Shown: positions 44,789 through 55,159, counted from the first letter of the stretch. The stretch is 64,000 nt of DNA from an uncultured Gammaproteobacteria bacterium (GCA_964443495.1 CAYUCS010000001.1:680468-744467), one strand, 5' to 3'. The notes: generated from the sequence alone by a model not told the origin. Made by a program: numbers and translations.

Positions 44789-46948
44789 TCAACTTGATTT
44801 GGCTATGGGCAAGGTCAGGGCGAAGGTCGTTCCCTTGTTGATCTCCGTCTTCTCGATCTCGATCTTCGCGCCAGGGGTGGCATCGACGATCTGCTTGATG
44901 ATGAATAGGCCCAAGCCGGAGCCGTCGGTGTAGGTCTGGACCGCGTTTTCCGCCCTGGCAAACTTGCTATAAAGCTTCGGAATATCCTCCTTGGGGATGC
45001 CGATGCCGGTATCCGACACGCGAATGACCACCGCCTTGGGCAGGATTTCTGCCGACACGGTAACCGAACCTTTGGGGGTGTACTGGAAGGAATTGTTTAT
45101 CAGATTCACGATCGCCTGCTCGATATATTTCTCGTCGCTCATGATCAATGGCAAAGGCTGTTTGGGCAAGCGGAATTTCAAGGTGATATTCTTCTGCTGC
45201 GAGGTCCTAAGCTTATCTTCCTCTATTTTCTTTAAGATTTCATTAAGGTCTGTCGGCCTCAGGTTGAGCTCGAAACGCTCGCTGTCCATTTCTGAGGCAC
45301 GTAAAATGTCATTGATGATTTCACCGAGCTTGATCGACTTCTCAAAAGCGCCGCGCAGGAATTCCTTGCGCTTGGCAGGAGGAATCGACCCCTCTTCAAG
45401 CATCGAAAGCACGCCCTTGATGACAGTGACCGGCGTACGCAGCTGATGCGACGTGATATCCAAGAATTCTGAACGCATATCCATGAGCTTCTTCAAGTGC
45501 TCGGCCTTTTCCCGGATTTCCTTAGTCTGCTCATCGACTTTCTGCTGCAGGGTCTTGTTGAAATCTTCAACCTCCTGATACAGCCTGGCATTCTCGATGG
45601 CGATCGCCGCCTGGGACGAGATGATTTCCAAAAATTCGATATCATCACGGTTGTAAGCACTGCTCTCGATCTTCTCCCCCAGCATTATCATGCCGATAGT
45701 CTTGCCTCGATACACCAGCGGCGAAATCACTTTGGCCCCCTGCTTGTCCAATTGCTCGACCAAGCGCTTATGCCCCTCGCGCTCCATCTCGTCGCGTACG
45801 ATAATGCCCTGATAATTCGAGGCAGTCTCGCAAATCAGATTGCCTGCCGGCAGCTTCTTGCCCTTGTTCAATATAGAGGAACAAACCCTCCTTCCGCGGC
45901 TAAGCTTGCCATCGGAATCGCTATGGGACAAGAAAACATCGACTTGCTCGGTTGAGAGGATCTGCTTGAATTCCGCGGACAGGATCCTCATCAATTCGTC
46001 GATGTCGATCGAGGCGCTGAGCTTCAATGAAAGCTGCTTGATGATCTTTTTCGGGCTATTGCCGCGATAAAACAGCGTTTCCCCGGATCGCTGGATGATG
46101 TCGATTATCGGAAAGATGGCCCAGGAAAAGGCTAGGACCGCGACCACGTTGATGGCGATGGCCGTGGGGGTAGCGACTCCGCCAAGGTAGGCTGTTTCCA
46201 GATTCACCCCTGTATAAAATAGCGTCAGTCCGAAAATTGAAAGCGAGATGTAAGTATAGAGCTTGTTGACGATCGCCCGGATGTCCATGAAACGGTATTT
46301 GACGATGGCGACGCCGAACGCGACGACATAGCACGCTACTAAGAAATTGCCGTACGGAGGCAGCTGTATGTCGTACCAAAGGAAGAAATTGGTCGCCCCG
46401 CCGCCGAAGCCGAGCAGCGAGCCGATCATGGCATAAAGGATCTGCATGCGCTTCAGGCCGCTGGTCTTCAAATAGCTGCGGACCAAAAGCACGGTGCCGC
46501 CGAACACGAGCCCGATATAATTGGTGAAAACGAAGTAGTTGTACATGATGCCAGGCACTGGCCAGTGGCTGAAACCGGCAATCGGCCTGACGCCGGCGAC
46601 GAACTGGTCGGAAAAGATAAACAAGCAGTAAAACGCCGTCAAGCTGTAACCTGCCCACAGGATGGAGCGGAAATGGAAATGGACGAGGCGGGTCACCCAA
46701 TGATAGAAAAAGATAGGCACGAGAGTCGAGCCGATCGACAAAAAGCGCAGCCAGAACATGGCCATGATCGGATCATCAGTGATACTTAACCACTGCCAAT
46801 AGCCATATGACCAGATTGCCGTCGCCATCGTCATCAGAAAAAACAGCCGATTCATCGCCCGTTTGGGATTGTAAGAAATCACCACCATGGCGAAGACCGT
46901 CGAGACGATGGCGTTGAAAAGTCCTGAAAATGAAAACAGCTCTTGCAT
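44789..46948 (-). CDS. Sensor histidine kinase (polytopic membrane N-domain + GAF + HisKA + HATPase_c)
   Basis: About 8 TM segments in the first 290 aa. H-box ITSHQLRTPVT and G-box DTGIGIP ... GSGLGLFIIK. Confidence 0.9.
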   Translation of the reverse strand: MQELFSFSGLFNAIVSTVFAMVVISYNPKRAMNRLFFLMTMATAIWSYGYWQWLSITDDPIMAMFWLRFLSIGSTLVPIFFYHWVTRLVHFHFRSILWAGYSLTAFYCLFIFSDQFVAGVRPIAGFSHWPVPGIMYNYFVFTNYIGLVFGGTVLLVRSYLKTSGLKRMQILYAMIGSLLGFGGGATNFFLWYDIQLPPYGNFLVACYVVAFGVAIVKYRFMDIRAIVNKLYTYISLSIFGLTLFYTGVNLETAYLGGVATPTAIAINVVAVLAFSWAIFPIIDIIQRSGETLFYRGNSPKKIIKQLSLKLSASIDIDELMRILSAEFKQILSTEQVDVFLSHSDSDGKLSRGRRVCSSILNKGKKLPAGNLICETASNYQGIIVRDEMEREGHKRLVEQLDKQGAKVISPLVYRGKTIGMIMLGEKIESSAYNRDDIEFLEIISSQAAIAIENARLYQEVEDFNKTLQQKVDEQTKEIREKAEHLKKLMDMRSEFLDITSHQLRTPVTVIKGVLSMLEEGSIPPAKRKEFLRGAFEKSIKLGEIINDILRASEMDSERFELNLRPTDLNEILKKIEEDKLRTSQQKNITLKFRLPKQPLPLIMSDEKYIEQAIVNLINNSFQYTPKGSVTVSAEILPKAVVIRVSDTGIGIPKEDIPKLYSKFARAENAVQTYTDGSGLGLFIIKQIVDATPGAKIEIEKTEINKGTTFALTLPIAKSS

Positions 46949-46952
46949 TATG

Positions 46953-47708
46953 TTATTTGTTTGACTTTACCACGAAGGCTTGGCCGGCGAACGAACGCTT
47001 GATTTCCACCCCCTTGAAACCGATGGCCGAGAGCAAATCGGCCAGCTCATCCTTGTCTAGGAAACTATAGACTGATTCCTGGCCCTTTTTCTGTATGGTC
47101 AAGGCATGAGCCAGGACGGCTGGGCCATAATAAAGCTTCTTGATGTCCATCGGATTAAGGATCTCGCGCCAAGAGGCGAAGAATACCCTCCAAAAATTCA
47201 CGTTCTTGACCGGCGACGACCAGACGAACCTGCCGCCGGGCTTCAAGACCCGATACATCTCGCGCAGCACCGCCCTCAGAGCGGCTTTGCCTTGTTCCCC
47301 TTCATGATTAATGACGTAAGGCAGCACCAGATTGGCGACTACGCCGTCGAAATGCCCGTCCGCGAACGGCAGCTTGTAGGACAGGTCATGAAGGAGCAAT
47401 GTCACTTTTTTGCGGTCGGCAGGCGGCAAAAGTTTTTCGACCTTGGCCTGCGTGTGCTTGACCATCGTGTCCGCCAGATCGAAAGCGACTATTTCATCGA
47501 TTTTCCCGCCCGAGGCTTGCCAAATCAGCTCTACCATCGCCCCGGAACCGCAGCCGACATCGAGCCATCTGCCACCGACGCCCTGGCCGATAGCATCAGC
47601 CATGGTTTTGATCAATTTCTTGTAAGGAGTAGCGTCCTCCAGCTGGGGATAGATCTTGCCGTATTCTTCGTCCCAGAATTTAGTTTCTTCAGCCGAATAT
47701 TTTTTCAT
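46953..47708 (-). CDS. Class I SAM-dependent methyltransferase
   Basis: Motif I WLDVGCGSG and post-I AFDLAD. Confidence 0.8.
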   Translation of the reverse strand: MKKYSAEETKFWDEEYGKIYPQLEDATPYKKLIKTMADAIGQGVGGRWLDVGCGSGAMVELIWQASGGKIDEIVAFDLADTMVKHTQAKVEKLLPPADRKKVTLLLHDLSYKLPFADGHFDGVVANLVLPYVINHEGEQGKAALRAVLREMYRVLKPGGRFVWSSPVKNVNFWRVFFASWREILNPMDIKKLYYGPAVLAHALTIQKKGQESVYSFLDKDELADLLSAIGFKGVEIKRSFAGQAFVVKSNK

Positions 47709-47765
47709 AAATCGTTGTATTGATAATCATATTATACCCCAAAAATGCTTTCGGTGGCAAACTTT

Positions 47766-47798
47766 CCGAAACAAAAACGCGCCATCGTTGGCGCGTTT
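47766..47798 (-). terminator. Intrinsic terminator of the S51 peptidase gene
   Basis: Stem cgcgcca / tggcgcg (47778-47784 / 47789-47795), followed on the minus strand by TTTTTGTTT. Confidence 0.75.
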
Positions 47799-47814
47799 CA
47801 TCTTCATGCTGGTT

Positions 47815-48567
47815 TTATTTGGACAAAAGCTCGGCAAGCGGCCTGAAATCCTTGGTTACCGGGATTATCTGTTTCACATATCGGCCGCGATGCCAATAAA
47901 TCTTCCTGGCGCACGCCGTCTTTTTCGAAACCAAAATCCTATATTCTTCGCCGACAACCTCTATGGCCGCGCAATTATCCAAAGATATAGCCACGCCCGG
48001 CGTGTTCATCATCATCCGCTTGAGCGATTGCTGCCGCGGCTTTTCGATATCGTAGTGCGGGCAGACCAAAGCATCCACCAGGCCCAAGCCGGTCACTTTT
48101 ATCAACGTGCCGTTCGGCTTCTTGGCGAACCGCCTCGAATCGCTGTTCCCTTGCCTGAACCAGCAGTTGCAACCGGCCGAGAGGCCGGACAGCACCTTGC
48201 CTTCGCGATGAGCAGCCAGAAGCAGCTTGTCCACGCCCGACTTCCTCCACAGTGTCATCATTTTCAAAGTATTGCCGCCGCCGACATAGATGATATCGGC
48301 AGCATCGATTTTCTCCTTGATCTGCCTTTTGGCCAGCTTGCCGGAAATCAGCTCGAGCGAATCGACCCGGCAGCCTAAACGGCCGCCGTAATGATTCTTG
48401 AAACTCTCGACATAGCCAGCCGCGTCACCGGATGCGGTCGGCACGAAAAGAGCCGTGGGCTTAGCCTTGCCGCTCAAACGGATAATTTCCTTGTCTATGG
48501 ATGTCGTCTCGGTCTTGAAGCCGGGACGGCCGATTTCGCCGCCGCCGATGGCGATGATTTTTTTCAT
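47815..48567 (-). CDS. Peptidase S51 family (dipeptidase E / cyanophycinase-like)
   Basis: IYVGGGNTLKMM ... GLSAGCNCWF (nucleophile Ser context) ... CPHYD. Confidence 0.7.
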   Translation of the reverse strand: MKKIIAIGGGEIGRPGFKTETTSIDKEIIRLSGKAKPTALFVPTASGDAAGYVESFKNHYGGRLGCRVDSLELISGKLAKRQIKEKIDAADIIYVGGGNTLKMMTLWRKSGVDKLLLAAHREGKVLSGLSAGCNCWFRQGNSDSRRFAKKPNGTLIKVTGLGLVDALVCPHYDIEKPRQQSLKRMMMNTPGVAISLDNCAAIEVVGEEYRILVSKKTACARKIYWHRGRYVKQIIPVTKDFRPLAELLSK

Positions 48568-48570
48568 AGG

Positions 48571-49551
48571 TTACTGCGCCTCCTTCTGCGCTTTGGGCAG
48601 CGATGACAGATGATGATGCTCGTATTTCGAATCGAAAAAATAACGGATATCCCCGACCGGCATGCCGACCCGGCCGGTATTCAGGCTTTCGCCGCGGATA
48701 ATCTCGGCCGCCTCCGCTTTGGTAATGTTACGCTCGTAATAATTATGCGCCACGGCGATCATCTCGACCGCCAGAACCCCGGCCTCGTTGAAGAGGTCGT
48801 AAATGGTGGTGATTTTCGGCTCGCCGGTCACCACATCGCGATAATTGATGGTCTTCGGAATGATGCGATTATCGCGTTGCAGGTTGCCATAGAAGATTCC
48901 TAAGAACATCTTGAACTTCGACCAGCTAGAGTGCTTGATGAAGCGATAGAAAAGATACAGAATATCCAGGACGAAATTATTGCGCAAAAGCCCGTAAACG
49001 ACCGACTTGCGCTTGAGCGTGCGCTCGATCTCGCGCGGCGTCGTGCGATAGAGCTTGCTGATATAGTGCGGGAAATAGAGCGGGCGCAGAACCTTGAAGT
49101 TGACGTAATCGTTGAAATAATAAGTCTGGTTGACCTGGGCATCGAGATAGGTTTCGAGGTGGCGGTGCAGATAAACCGCCTCGTTCGCCTTTTTCGGATC
49201 CGGGTCATAGTAATTGCCCGAAAGGTAATAAATCATCGGGTGGAAGACGATGTCCAAGGCGCAATGGGTGATGTAGCCGAAGACGAAAGCCAGATCAGCC
49301 TCGCTCTTCTGCTCGCGTGCGTAATCCAGCAGCTCGAAGATTATCTCGTTGGTCAGGCGGCCGTCGCGGCCATGAAGGGCCTCGGAAATCTTGCGGACGC
49401 TCGCTTTCGCCGAATAATAAAATGAGTCCGGCGCGACGCTGCCGAAATAATAAGGCTTCGAATGCTTATCGATAATGGCGCTGATCTGCTCCTGGTTGAT
49501 CTGCCCCAAAAGCTCATGAGCGAAGTATAGATGTGTGTTTTCTTTTGGCAT
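48571..49551 (-). CDS. Zinc-dependent phospholipase C-like family protein (tentative)
   Basis: N-terminal NTHLYFAHELL plus GYITHCALDIVFHP His/Asp clusters resemble the PLC/P1-nuclease-like metal sites. Weak call made by eye. Confidence 0.4.
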   Translation of the reverse strand: MPKENTHLYFAHELLGQINQEQISAIIDKHSKPYYFGSVAPDSFYYSAKASVRKISEALHGRDGRLTNEIIFELLDYAREQKSEADLAFVFGYITHCALDIVFHPMIYYLSGNYYDPDPKKANEAVYLHRHLETYLDAQVNQTYYFNDYVNFKVLRPLYFPHYISKLYRTTPREIERTLKRKSVVYGLLRNNFVLDILYLFYRFIKHSSWSKFKMFLGIFYGNLQRDNRIIPKTINYRDVVTGEPKITTIYDLFNEAGVLAVEMIAVAHNYYERNITKAEAAEIIRGESLNTGRVGMPVGDIRYFFDSKYEHHHLSSLPKAQKEAQ

Positions 49552-49557
49552 ATCCTC

Positions 49558-50721
49558 CTAGAACCATCCCTTGAGCATCGCGAGAAACCTGTGCACCGGC
49601 CCGATATTGATGATGTCATTGAAAGTCACGAGCAGTACTAGCAGCATCAGCAGCATGAAACCGAAGTTATGGATGATGGCCTCCAGTTCGCGCCTGACCG
49701 GTTTGCGCTTGATCTTTTCAATGATCAAGAACAGGACGCGGCCGCCGTCGAGGGCCGGGAAAGGCAGAAAATTGATGATGGCCAGATTGATTGACAGCAA
49801 GGCGGTGAATTGCAGCAGATAGACGAAGCCCATGCGCGCCACTTGGCCGGTCAAGGATGCGATGCCGACCGGCCCGGCCACTTCGCCGGACACGCCGCCG
49901 CCAGTCACCAAGCCCTTGATCAGCTCATAAAATGCGACGAGGATGACCCAGGCCAAAATAAAGGCCTGCTTGATACCCTGCCAGATGGCCTGATACCAAG
50001 GGTATTTGACCAATCCCGTCTCGGTCAAGGCGACGCCGATGCCGCCCTTGCCGGTTTCCTTGAGAATTTCCGGACGGATCTTGACGTCCTTGGTCTCGTC
50101 GGCGTGCTTGATCTGGTAAGTCAGTTCCTTGCCGTTATTCTCATCTACGTATTTCTGGATAGCTTGGTAATCAGCGAATTGCTTGCCGTCGATTCCGAGG
50201 ATGATATCGCCCACTTCGAGCCCGGCCGTCTTGGCGGGCGAGGGGTCGATTACCTGCAAGATCTGGATCTTGCGGTCGGTTATCACGGCATTCTCGTCTA
50301 AAGCATCGAGAGATTGCGGCATTCCAACCATCAGGCCGATAGAAATCAGCACGATGGCCAAGAGCATATTCATCGATACGCCGGCCGAGAGCACGATCGC
50401 CCGCTTCCAGATCGGCTTGTTGATAAAATGCTCGGGATCGGTGCTTTCAGACTCATCTTCGTTCAGCTTGACGAACCCGCCCAAAGGTATCCAATTGATC
50501 GAATAGATAGTATCCGATGCGTCAGCCACTTCCTTGCCTCCGCGGACCTTCTTCCACTTGCCATCGACCGATTTGTAGATGCCGAAGGCTCGCGGCGGAA
50601 AGCCGATGCCGAATTCCTCAGCCTTGATGCCGAACTTCCTGGCAGTCCAGAAATGTCCCAGCTCGTGGACGAAGACGAGGACGGAGAGGACAAGGATGAA
50701 TGTGATTATAGTAAGCAGCAT
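49558..50721 (-). CDS. rseP: RIP metalloprotease RseP (site-2 protease, M50)
   Basis: HELGHF zinc motif, an internal PDZ domain (PAKTAGLEVGDIILGIDG), and NFLPFPALDGG. Confidence 0.93.
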   Translation of the reverse strand: MLLTIITFILVLSVLVFVHELGHFWTARKFGIKAEEFGIGFPPRAFGIYKSVDGKWKKVRGGKEVADASDTIYSINWIPLGGFVKLNEDESESTDPEHFINKPIWKRAIVLSAGVSMNMLLAIVLISIGLMVGMPQSLDALDENAVITDRKIQILQVIDPSPAKTAGLEVGDIILGIDGKQFADYQAIQKYVDENNGKELTYQIKHADETKDVKIRPEILKETGKGGIGVALTETGLVKYPWYQAIWQGIKQAFILAWVILVAFYELIKGLVTGGGVSGEVAGPVGIASLTGQVARMGFVYLLQFTALLSINLAIINFLPFPALDGGRVLFLIIEKIKRKPVRRELEAIIHNFGFMLLMLLVLLVTFNDIINIGPVHRFLAMLKGWF

Positions 50722-50746
50722 AATCTAGTTTAAAATAATAAAATTC

Positions 50747-50840
50747 CCAATTTTCAATTTTCAAACAATATTTTTAATTTCAAATCTTCAACTGATCCAT
50801 TGAAAATTGAAAATCGTTTGAAAATTGTGAATTGAAAATT
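50747..50840. repeat. AT-rich imperfect-palindrome intergenic element, copy C
   Basis: 50749-50769 is identical to 11153-11173. The right arm attgaaaattgaaaatcgtttgaaaatt is complementary in kind. It fills the frr-rseP gap. Confidence 0.8.
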
Positions 50841-50843
50841 ATC

Positions 50844-51398
50844 TCAGATCGTCATTATCTCTTCTTCCTTCTTGTCGCGGATCTGCTTCACCTCTTCGTT
50901 GCGGCGATGGATTTCCTCGTCCAATTCCTTGACGAATCGGTACTTGTCGTCCTCGGAAATATCCTTGGCGTCCTCGGCTGCCTCGATCGACTGCTTGACC
51001 TCTTCACGGATCTTCTTCAGGGCGATGCGCGCTTCCTCCATCTGGTCGTTAAGCTTCTTGACCAGATGTTTGCGGTTCTCTTCGGTCATGGCCGGCACGG
51101 TCAGGCGGATCTTGTCGCCCTCGTTGACGACGCCTAGGCCCAAATCGGCCTCGACGATCGCCTTCTCGATTTCCTTCAGGACGCCCTTGTCCCATGGCGT
51201 AACGATCATACTGCGCGAATCGGACACGCTGATCGAGGCCAGCCCGTTCAACGGCGTCTTGGCGCCATAAGCCTCGGCGACCAAGCCGTCTAGCAGGCCC
51301 GGATTGGCGCGGCCGGTGCGCAGTACCGCTATTTCCTTCTTGAAAAATTCGATAGCCTTGACGAAGTCCCCTTGTTTTTCTTGGATGTAGGTGTTCAT
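50844..51398 (-). CDS. frr: Ribosome recycling factor
   Basis: 184 aa. LRTGRANPGLLD and NLPAMTEERR-like TVPAMTEENRKHLVK. Confidence 0.96.
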   Translation of the reverse strand: MNTYIQEKQGDFVKAIEFFKKEIAVLRTGRANPGLLDGLVAEAYGAKTPLNGLASISVSDSRSMIVTPWDKGVLKEIEKAIVEADLGLGVVNEGDKIRLTVPAMTEENRKHLVKKLNDQMEEARIALKKIREEVKQSIEAAEDAKDISEDDKYRFVKELDEEIHRRNEEVKQIRDKKEEEIMTI

Positions 51399-51423
51399 GG
51401 TAGTGGTTTAATTATTATCAACG

Positions 51424-51498
51424 ATGCCGTTCCGGCGCATGCCAGGATCCAGAATCCTGTCATAACCCTTCGAATTCCAGCATGCGCCGGAACGGCAT
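51424..51498. other. 19-bp perfect inverted repeat with nested 6-bp palindrome
   Basis: atgccgttccggcgcatgc (51424-51442) is complementary to gcatgcgccggaacggcat (51480-51498). The 37-nt spacer contains caggat...atcctg (51443-51459). Confidence 0.9.
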
Positions 51499-51505
51499 TT
51501 CGGAT

Positions 51506-52579
51506 TTATTTTTTCTGCAGCTGCTTGACCGCCATATAGATCGTGGCCGGCTGGTCCGGATCCATCATCAGCACGGCGCCGGCGCGGTTCGACGGCAGCT
51601 TCTTCGAAGTCCAATTCGTGCCGCCGTCCAAGGAACGGTAAAAGGTGGTGTTGGTCACGTAATAGATCTCGTTGTCGTTCTTCGGGTTGACGGCCAGCGC
51701 ATTGATAGTAGCATTGGCATCCGGAGTTAGCAAGTTGATCTTGGACCAGGTAGTTCCGTTATCCGAGGATTTCAGGATGCCATAACCGTTAGCCAGGAAG
51801 ACCAAGCCGGAAGTCGATCCGGAGAAGGTCAGGTCCTTGAAAGTATTCGCCCTAACGAACTCCTTCATCCTGTCGGCCAAGCTTTCCAAGGTGCTGCTGC
51901 CGACGACCGAGCGGTAGAGGCCGGTCTTCTCGCCGGCCACCAGCATGACCTTGCTGTCGAACGGGCTGATCTTGACCTCGGCGATCTTATCCTTCAAACG
52001 GGTGATGACCCGCCAGCTTTCCCCGCGATCAAGGCTTTTCATGATCTCGCCGCGCGAGGTGCCGGCGACCAGCGACTTGTCGCTAGGATTCATGATCAAA
52101 GCCGAAATCTTGAGATTGACATCGTTATCGAAATACACCTGGACCCAGGCGCGGCCGCAATCGACCGTCTTCATGATCTTGTTATCGACCGCGGCATAGA
52201 TGGTGCAGCGGAATTGCGGATCGACGACCAATCCCCTGACGGTTACGCGTCCCAAGGCGGTCGAGCGCTGCCAGGTGTCGCCACGGTCATAAGAATAAAG
52301 CAAACCTTCGCCGACGGTACCGAAATAAACCGTTTTCGAATCGGTCGGATCGAAATAGATCATATTGCCATCGACGCTGGCGAAGCTCCCTGCCCGGCCG
52401 CTGATAGTCGGCATCAAGCTTTTCGAGGCCCAATTGGCACCCTTGTTGTCGGTGCGGAAGATTCCGCCGTCATTGCCGGAAGCCGTCTTCGAGTTGCCGC
52501 CCTGGACCGAAATGCCGCAGCCTGAAAGTACGAATGCCAGCGCGAGCCCCAGAATCATGAATCTAGTTTGCCTTTTCAT
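51506..52579 (-). CDS. Lipoprotein with BNR/Asp-box beta-propeller repeats (Ycf48/sialidase-like fold)
   Basis: Lipobox LSGC. At least five SxDxGxxW-type boxes (TDNKGANW, SYDRGDTW, SLDRGESW, SSDNGTTW, SLDGGTNW). Confidence 0.8.
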   Translation of the reverse strand: MKRQTRFMILGLALAFVLSGCGISVQGGNSKTASGNDGGIFRTDNKGANWASKSLMPTISGRAGSFASVDGNMIYFDPTDSKTVYFGTVGEGLLYSYDRGDTWQRSTALGRVTVRGLVVDPQFRCTIYAAVDNKIMKTVDCGRAWVQVYFDNDVNLKISALIMNPSDKSLVAGTSRGEIMKSLDRGESWRVITRLKDKIAEVKISPFDSKVMLVAGEKTGLYRSVVGSSTLESLADRMKEFVRANTFKDLTFSGSTSGLVFLANGYGILKSSDNGTTWSKINLLTPDANATINALAVNPKNDNEIYYVTNTTFYRSLDGGTNWTSKKLPSNRAGAVLMMDPDQPATIYMAVKQLQKK

Positions 52580-52637
52580 AGATTTGTTAATAATTGTATT
52601 TTGTTTTAAAATTTAAAATTTGAACTTTAAAATTTTT

Positions 52638-53711
52638 TTACACTGCCATCGCCACCGACTCCAGAACCGACTTCGGGCTGACATTAGCTCGAAGGTAATC
52701 CTCAGCCTTCCTGATCGACTCGAAGAGCTTGAAGACCGAGGCCAACGGCAGGCTGCGGCTGACCGCTTCAAGCTCGGCCAAGGCGATTTCGTGCTGGACT
52801 AGATCTTTCTGTCCCGAGTGGAATAGGATCAAATCGCGGGCCAAGCCTTGCCAGGTTTCCAGGATACGGCGGGACAGGGTGGCAGCCTCTTGGCCGGTGG
52901 CCTTGGTGCCCAGCATTTCGGCGATGGCGGCGAACCGGCCGTTCAGATCCGAACGCCAGAAACTGAGCAGGGTCTGGGTGCGCTCGACGTAGGCGTCGTA
53001 AAACTCCTTGTCTTCGAAAAACTTCACGGCCAAGGCTGGTCGGCCAAGCGATAAGCGGGCCAGGTTCTTGGCCTGGCTGCGGCCGGCACCATATTCTTTA
53101 ATCAGATATTGATAAATCACATCATTGGACACAGAACGGAAACGCAGGACCTGGCTGCGCGAGACGATCGTCTGCGGCAGATTGGCCAGCTCGGTGGCAA
53201 TCAGTATGACCACCACCTTGTCACGCGGCTCTTCCAGGGTCTTGAGCAATGAATTGGCCGCCTCATCGCTCATGCTGTCGGCATGCTTGATGATGCCGAT
53301 CTTGTACGAATTCAGGAACGAGCTCAGGCTAAGCTCGCTGATCAGCTCGCGCACCTGCTCGATCGAAAGGTTCTTCTTGTCTTTCTCGCGCTTGATCACG
53401 TGCAAGTCGGCGTGGACGCTGGCCAAGGAATCTTCCTGGGCTGGGCTCAATCCGAGCTTATGCTGGCGGCACGAAGGACAAGTGCCGCAAGGCAACGCTC
53501 CGCCCTTGCTCCGATTCTGACACAGGAGACTATAGGCGAAATAGCTGGCAACGGTAGTCTTGCCCAAGTCATCAGGACCGACAAAGATATAGCTGCCAGA
53601 AACCTGATCGCTCTCCAACGTCCGGCTCAAGAAATTGACTACGTGCTCGTTGCCCAAAAGGGGCCAATTTAATTCAATATTGGCTGATTTATTCATATAT
53701 ATATTATACAT
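52638..53711 (-). CDS. holB: DNA polymerase III delta-prime subunit
   Basis: GPDDLGKTT P-loop, zinc module CGTCPSCRQ, and an SRC-like TIVSRSQ. Confidence 0.85.
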   Translation of the reverse strand: MYNIYMNKSANIELNWPLLGNEHVVNFLSRTLESDQVSGSYIFVGPDDLGKTTVASYFAYSLLCQNRSKGGALPCGTCPSCRQHKLGLSPAQEDSLASVHADLHVIKREKDKKNLSIEQVRELISELSLSSFLNSYKIGIIKHADSMSDEAANSLLKTLEEPRDKVVVILIATELANLPQTIVSRSQVLRFRSVSNDVIYQYLIKEYGAGRSQAKNLARLSLGRPALAVKFFEDKEFYDAYVERTQTLLSFWRSDLNGRFAAIAEMLGTKATGQEAATLSRRILETWQGLARDLILFHSGQKDLVQHEIALAELEAVSRSLPLASVFKLFESIRKAEDYLRANVSPKSVLESVAMAV

Positions 53712-53788
53712 TAATCGGGCCAGAAATCAAACTGACGGACACGACGCCAACTCTTGCCATTTCTCTCTAAAATTAGTATAGTTTAGCC

Positions 53789-55159
53789 ATGAAACCGACT
53801 AACAATCTTAAAAAATCCGTCTTGCTGGCCGGTGACCTGGTCCTGCTTTACGCTTCTTTGTGGCTGACTTTACTCATCCGCTACCAGGCCAAACCGGACA
53901 GCCAGCTCTGGCAGGCCCACCTATCGCCTTTCACCTTGGTTTTCGGGGCCTGGTTATTGATTTTCTACATCTCTAATCTTTACGACCTGAGGCTCGCGGT
54001 CAACAATGCCCGTTTCTGGCAACTCCTGACCCGCAGCTTAGCTATCGCCATCGGCGTAGCCATCGCCATCTTCTACTTACTGCCTCAGAACAATATCGCT
54101 CCCAAAACCAACCTGGCCATCTACAGCCTCGTATTCGTCATACTGTTTTCTCTCTGGCGCCAATTCTACAATTGGTCGCTCAAATCATATCTGCCCAAAT
54201 ACCAGATCGGTATCATCGGCTATAACGAGCAGGTCAAGGAATTGATCGCCGAACTCAAGCGCAGCCCCCACCTCGGCTACCGTGCCGCCTTCATCGTCGC
54301 CAATCAAGCCGAAAGCGGCATCCCTGGCACCGACACCCCGATCGTGCCGGACTCGGCAGATCTCAAAAGCATTGTCGAGCAATACCATATCAACACATTG
54401 GTCTTCACGGCCAACCCGCATGAATCAGCCGAGCTGAGCGATTCCCTCTTCTCGCTCTTGCCGCTCAAGATCAATTTCATCAGCCTGCCCAGCTTTTACG
54501 AGACCGTGACCGGCAAAGTGCCGATCACTGCCATCAACCGCACTTGGTTTCTGGAAAACCTCTCCGAAGGCGGCAAATCAGGCTTCGATTCCTTCAAACG
54601 CTCTTACGACCTGATTCTGAGCATTATCCTTTTTGCCATTACCTTGCCCTTGTGGCTCATCATCGCGCTCTTGACCAAGCTGGGCAGCAAAGGGCCGGCT
54701 TTCTTCGTCCAAACCCGCCTCGGCCAGAACGGCCAGCCATTCCGCATCTACAAATTCCGCACCATGACCGTGGCCGGCAACGACTTTGCCCCGACGGCCA
54801 AGAATGACAAGCGCGTCACCCGCCTGGGAGCCTTCCTGCGTGCCACCCGCCTGGACGAACTGCCACAACTTTTGAACATTATCCGCGGCGAGATGAGCTT
54901 TGTCGGCCCGCGTCCGGAACGGCCGGAGCTAGTGGTGGACCTGGAAAAGATCGTCCCCTTCTACCGCGAACGCATGCTGGTCAAGCCAGGTGTCACCGGT
55001 TGGGACCAGATTTCCGGCGAGTACCACTCGCCCTCGTACGAGGACACGATGAAAAAGCTGCAATACGACCTCTTCTACATCAAGAACCGCTCGATCTACC
55101 TTGACCTCTCCATCATCCTTAAGACTATTTATACCATCCTAAGCCGGGCTGGAATGTGA
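53789..55159 (+). CDS. Polyprenyl-phosphate glycosyl-1-phosphate transferase (WbaP/EpsB-type priming sugar transferase)
   Basis: Four or five N-terminal TM segments. C-terminal KFRTM ... [21 protein letters not shown] ... KPGVTGWDQ. Confidence 0.9.
   Translation: MKPTNNLKKSVLLAGDLVLLYASLWLTLLIRYQAKPDSQLWQAHLSPFTLVFGAWLLIFYISNLYDLRLAVNNARFWQLLTRSLAIAIGVAIAIFYLLPQNNIAPKTNLAIYSLVFVILFSLWRQFYNWSLKSYLPKYQIGIIGYNEQVKELIAELKRSPHLGYRAAFIVANQAESGIPGTDTPIVPDSADLKSIVEQYHINTLVFTANPHESAELSDSLFSLLPLKINFISLPSFYETVTGKVPITAINRTWFLENLSEGGKSGFDSFKRSYDLILSIILFAITLPLWLIIALLTKLGSKGPAFFVQTRLGQNGQPFRIYKFRTMTVAGNDFAPTAKNDKRVTRLGAFLRATRLDELPQLLNIIRGEMSFVGPRPERPELVVDLEKIVPFYRERMLVKPGVTGWDQISGEYHSPSYEDTMKKLQYDLFYIKNRSIYLDLSIILKTIYTILSRAGM

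Noticed and set aside
46056-46700. 214-aa minus-strand ORF in an alternative frame of the histidine kinase gene
   Set aside because: It is out of frame within the membrane domain of the kinase. Its Arg/Pro-rich sequence is implausible for a protein.
47656-48378. 240-aa plus-strand ORF, and the 205-aa ORF at 47106-47723
   Set aside because: Antisense to the S51 peptidase and methyltransferase genes, and they run across a terminator.
51408-51614. 68-aa minus-strand ORF
   Set aside because: It is composed largely of the 19-bp inverted repeat and overlaps the 3' end of the BNR lipoprotein gene. It has no start signals.
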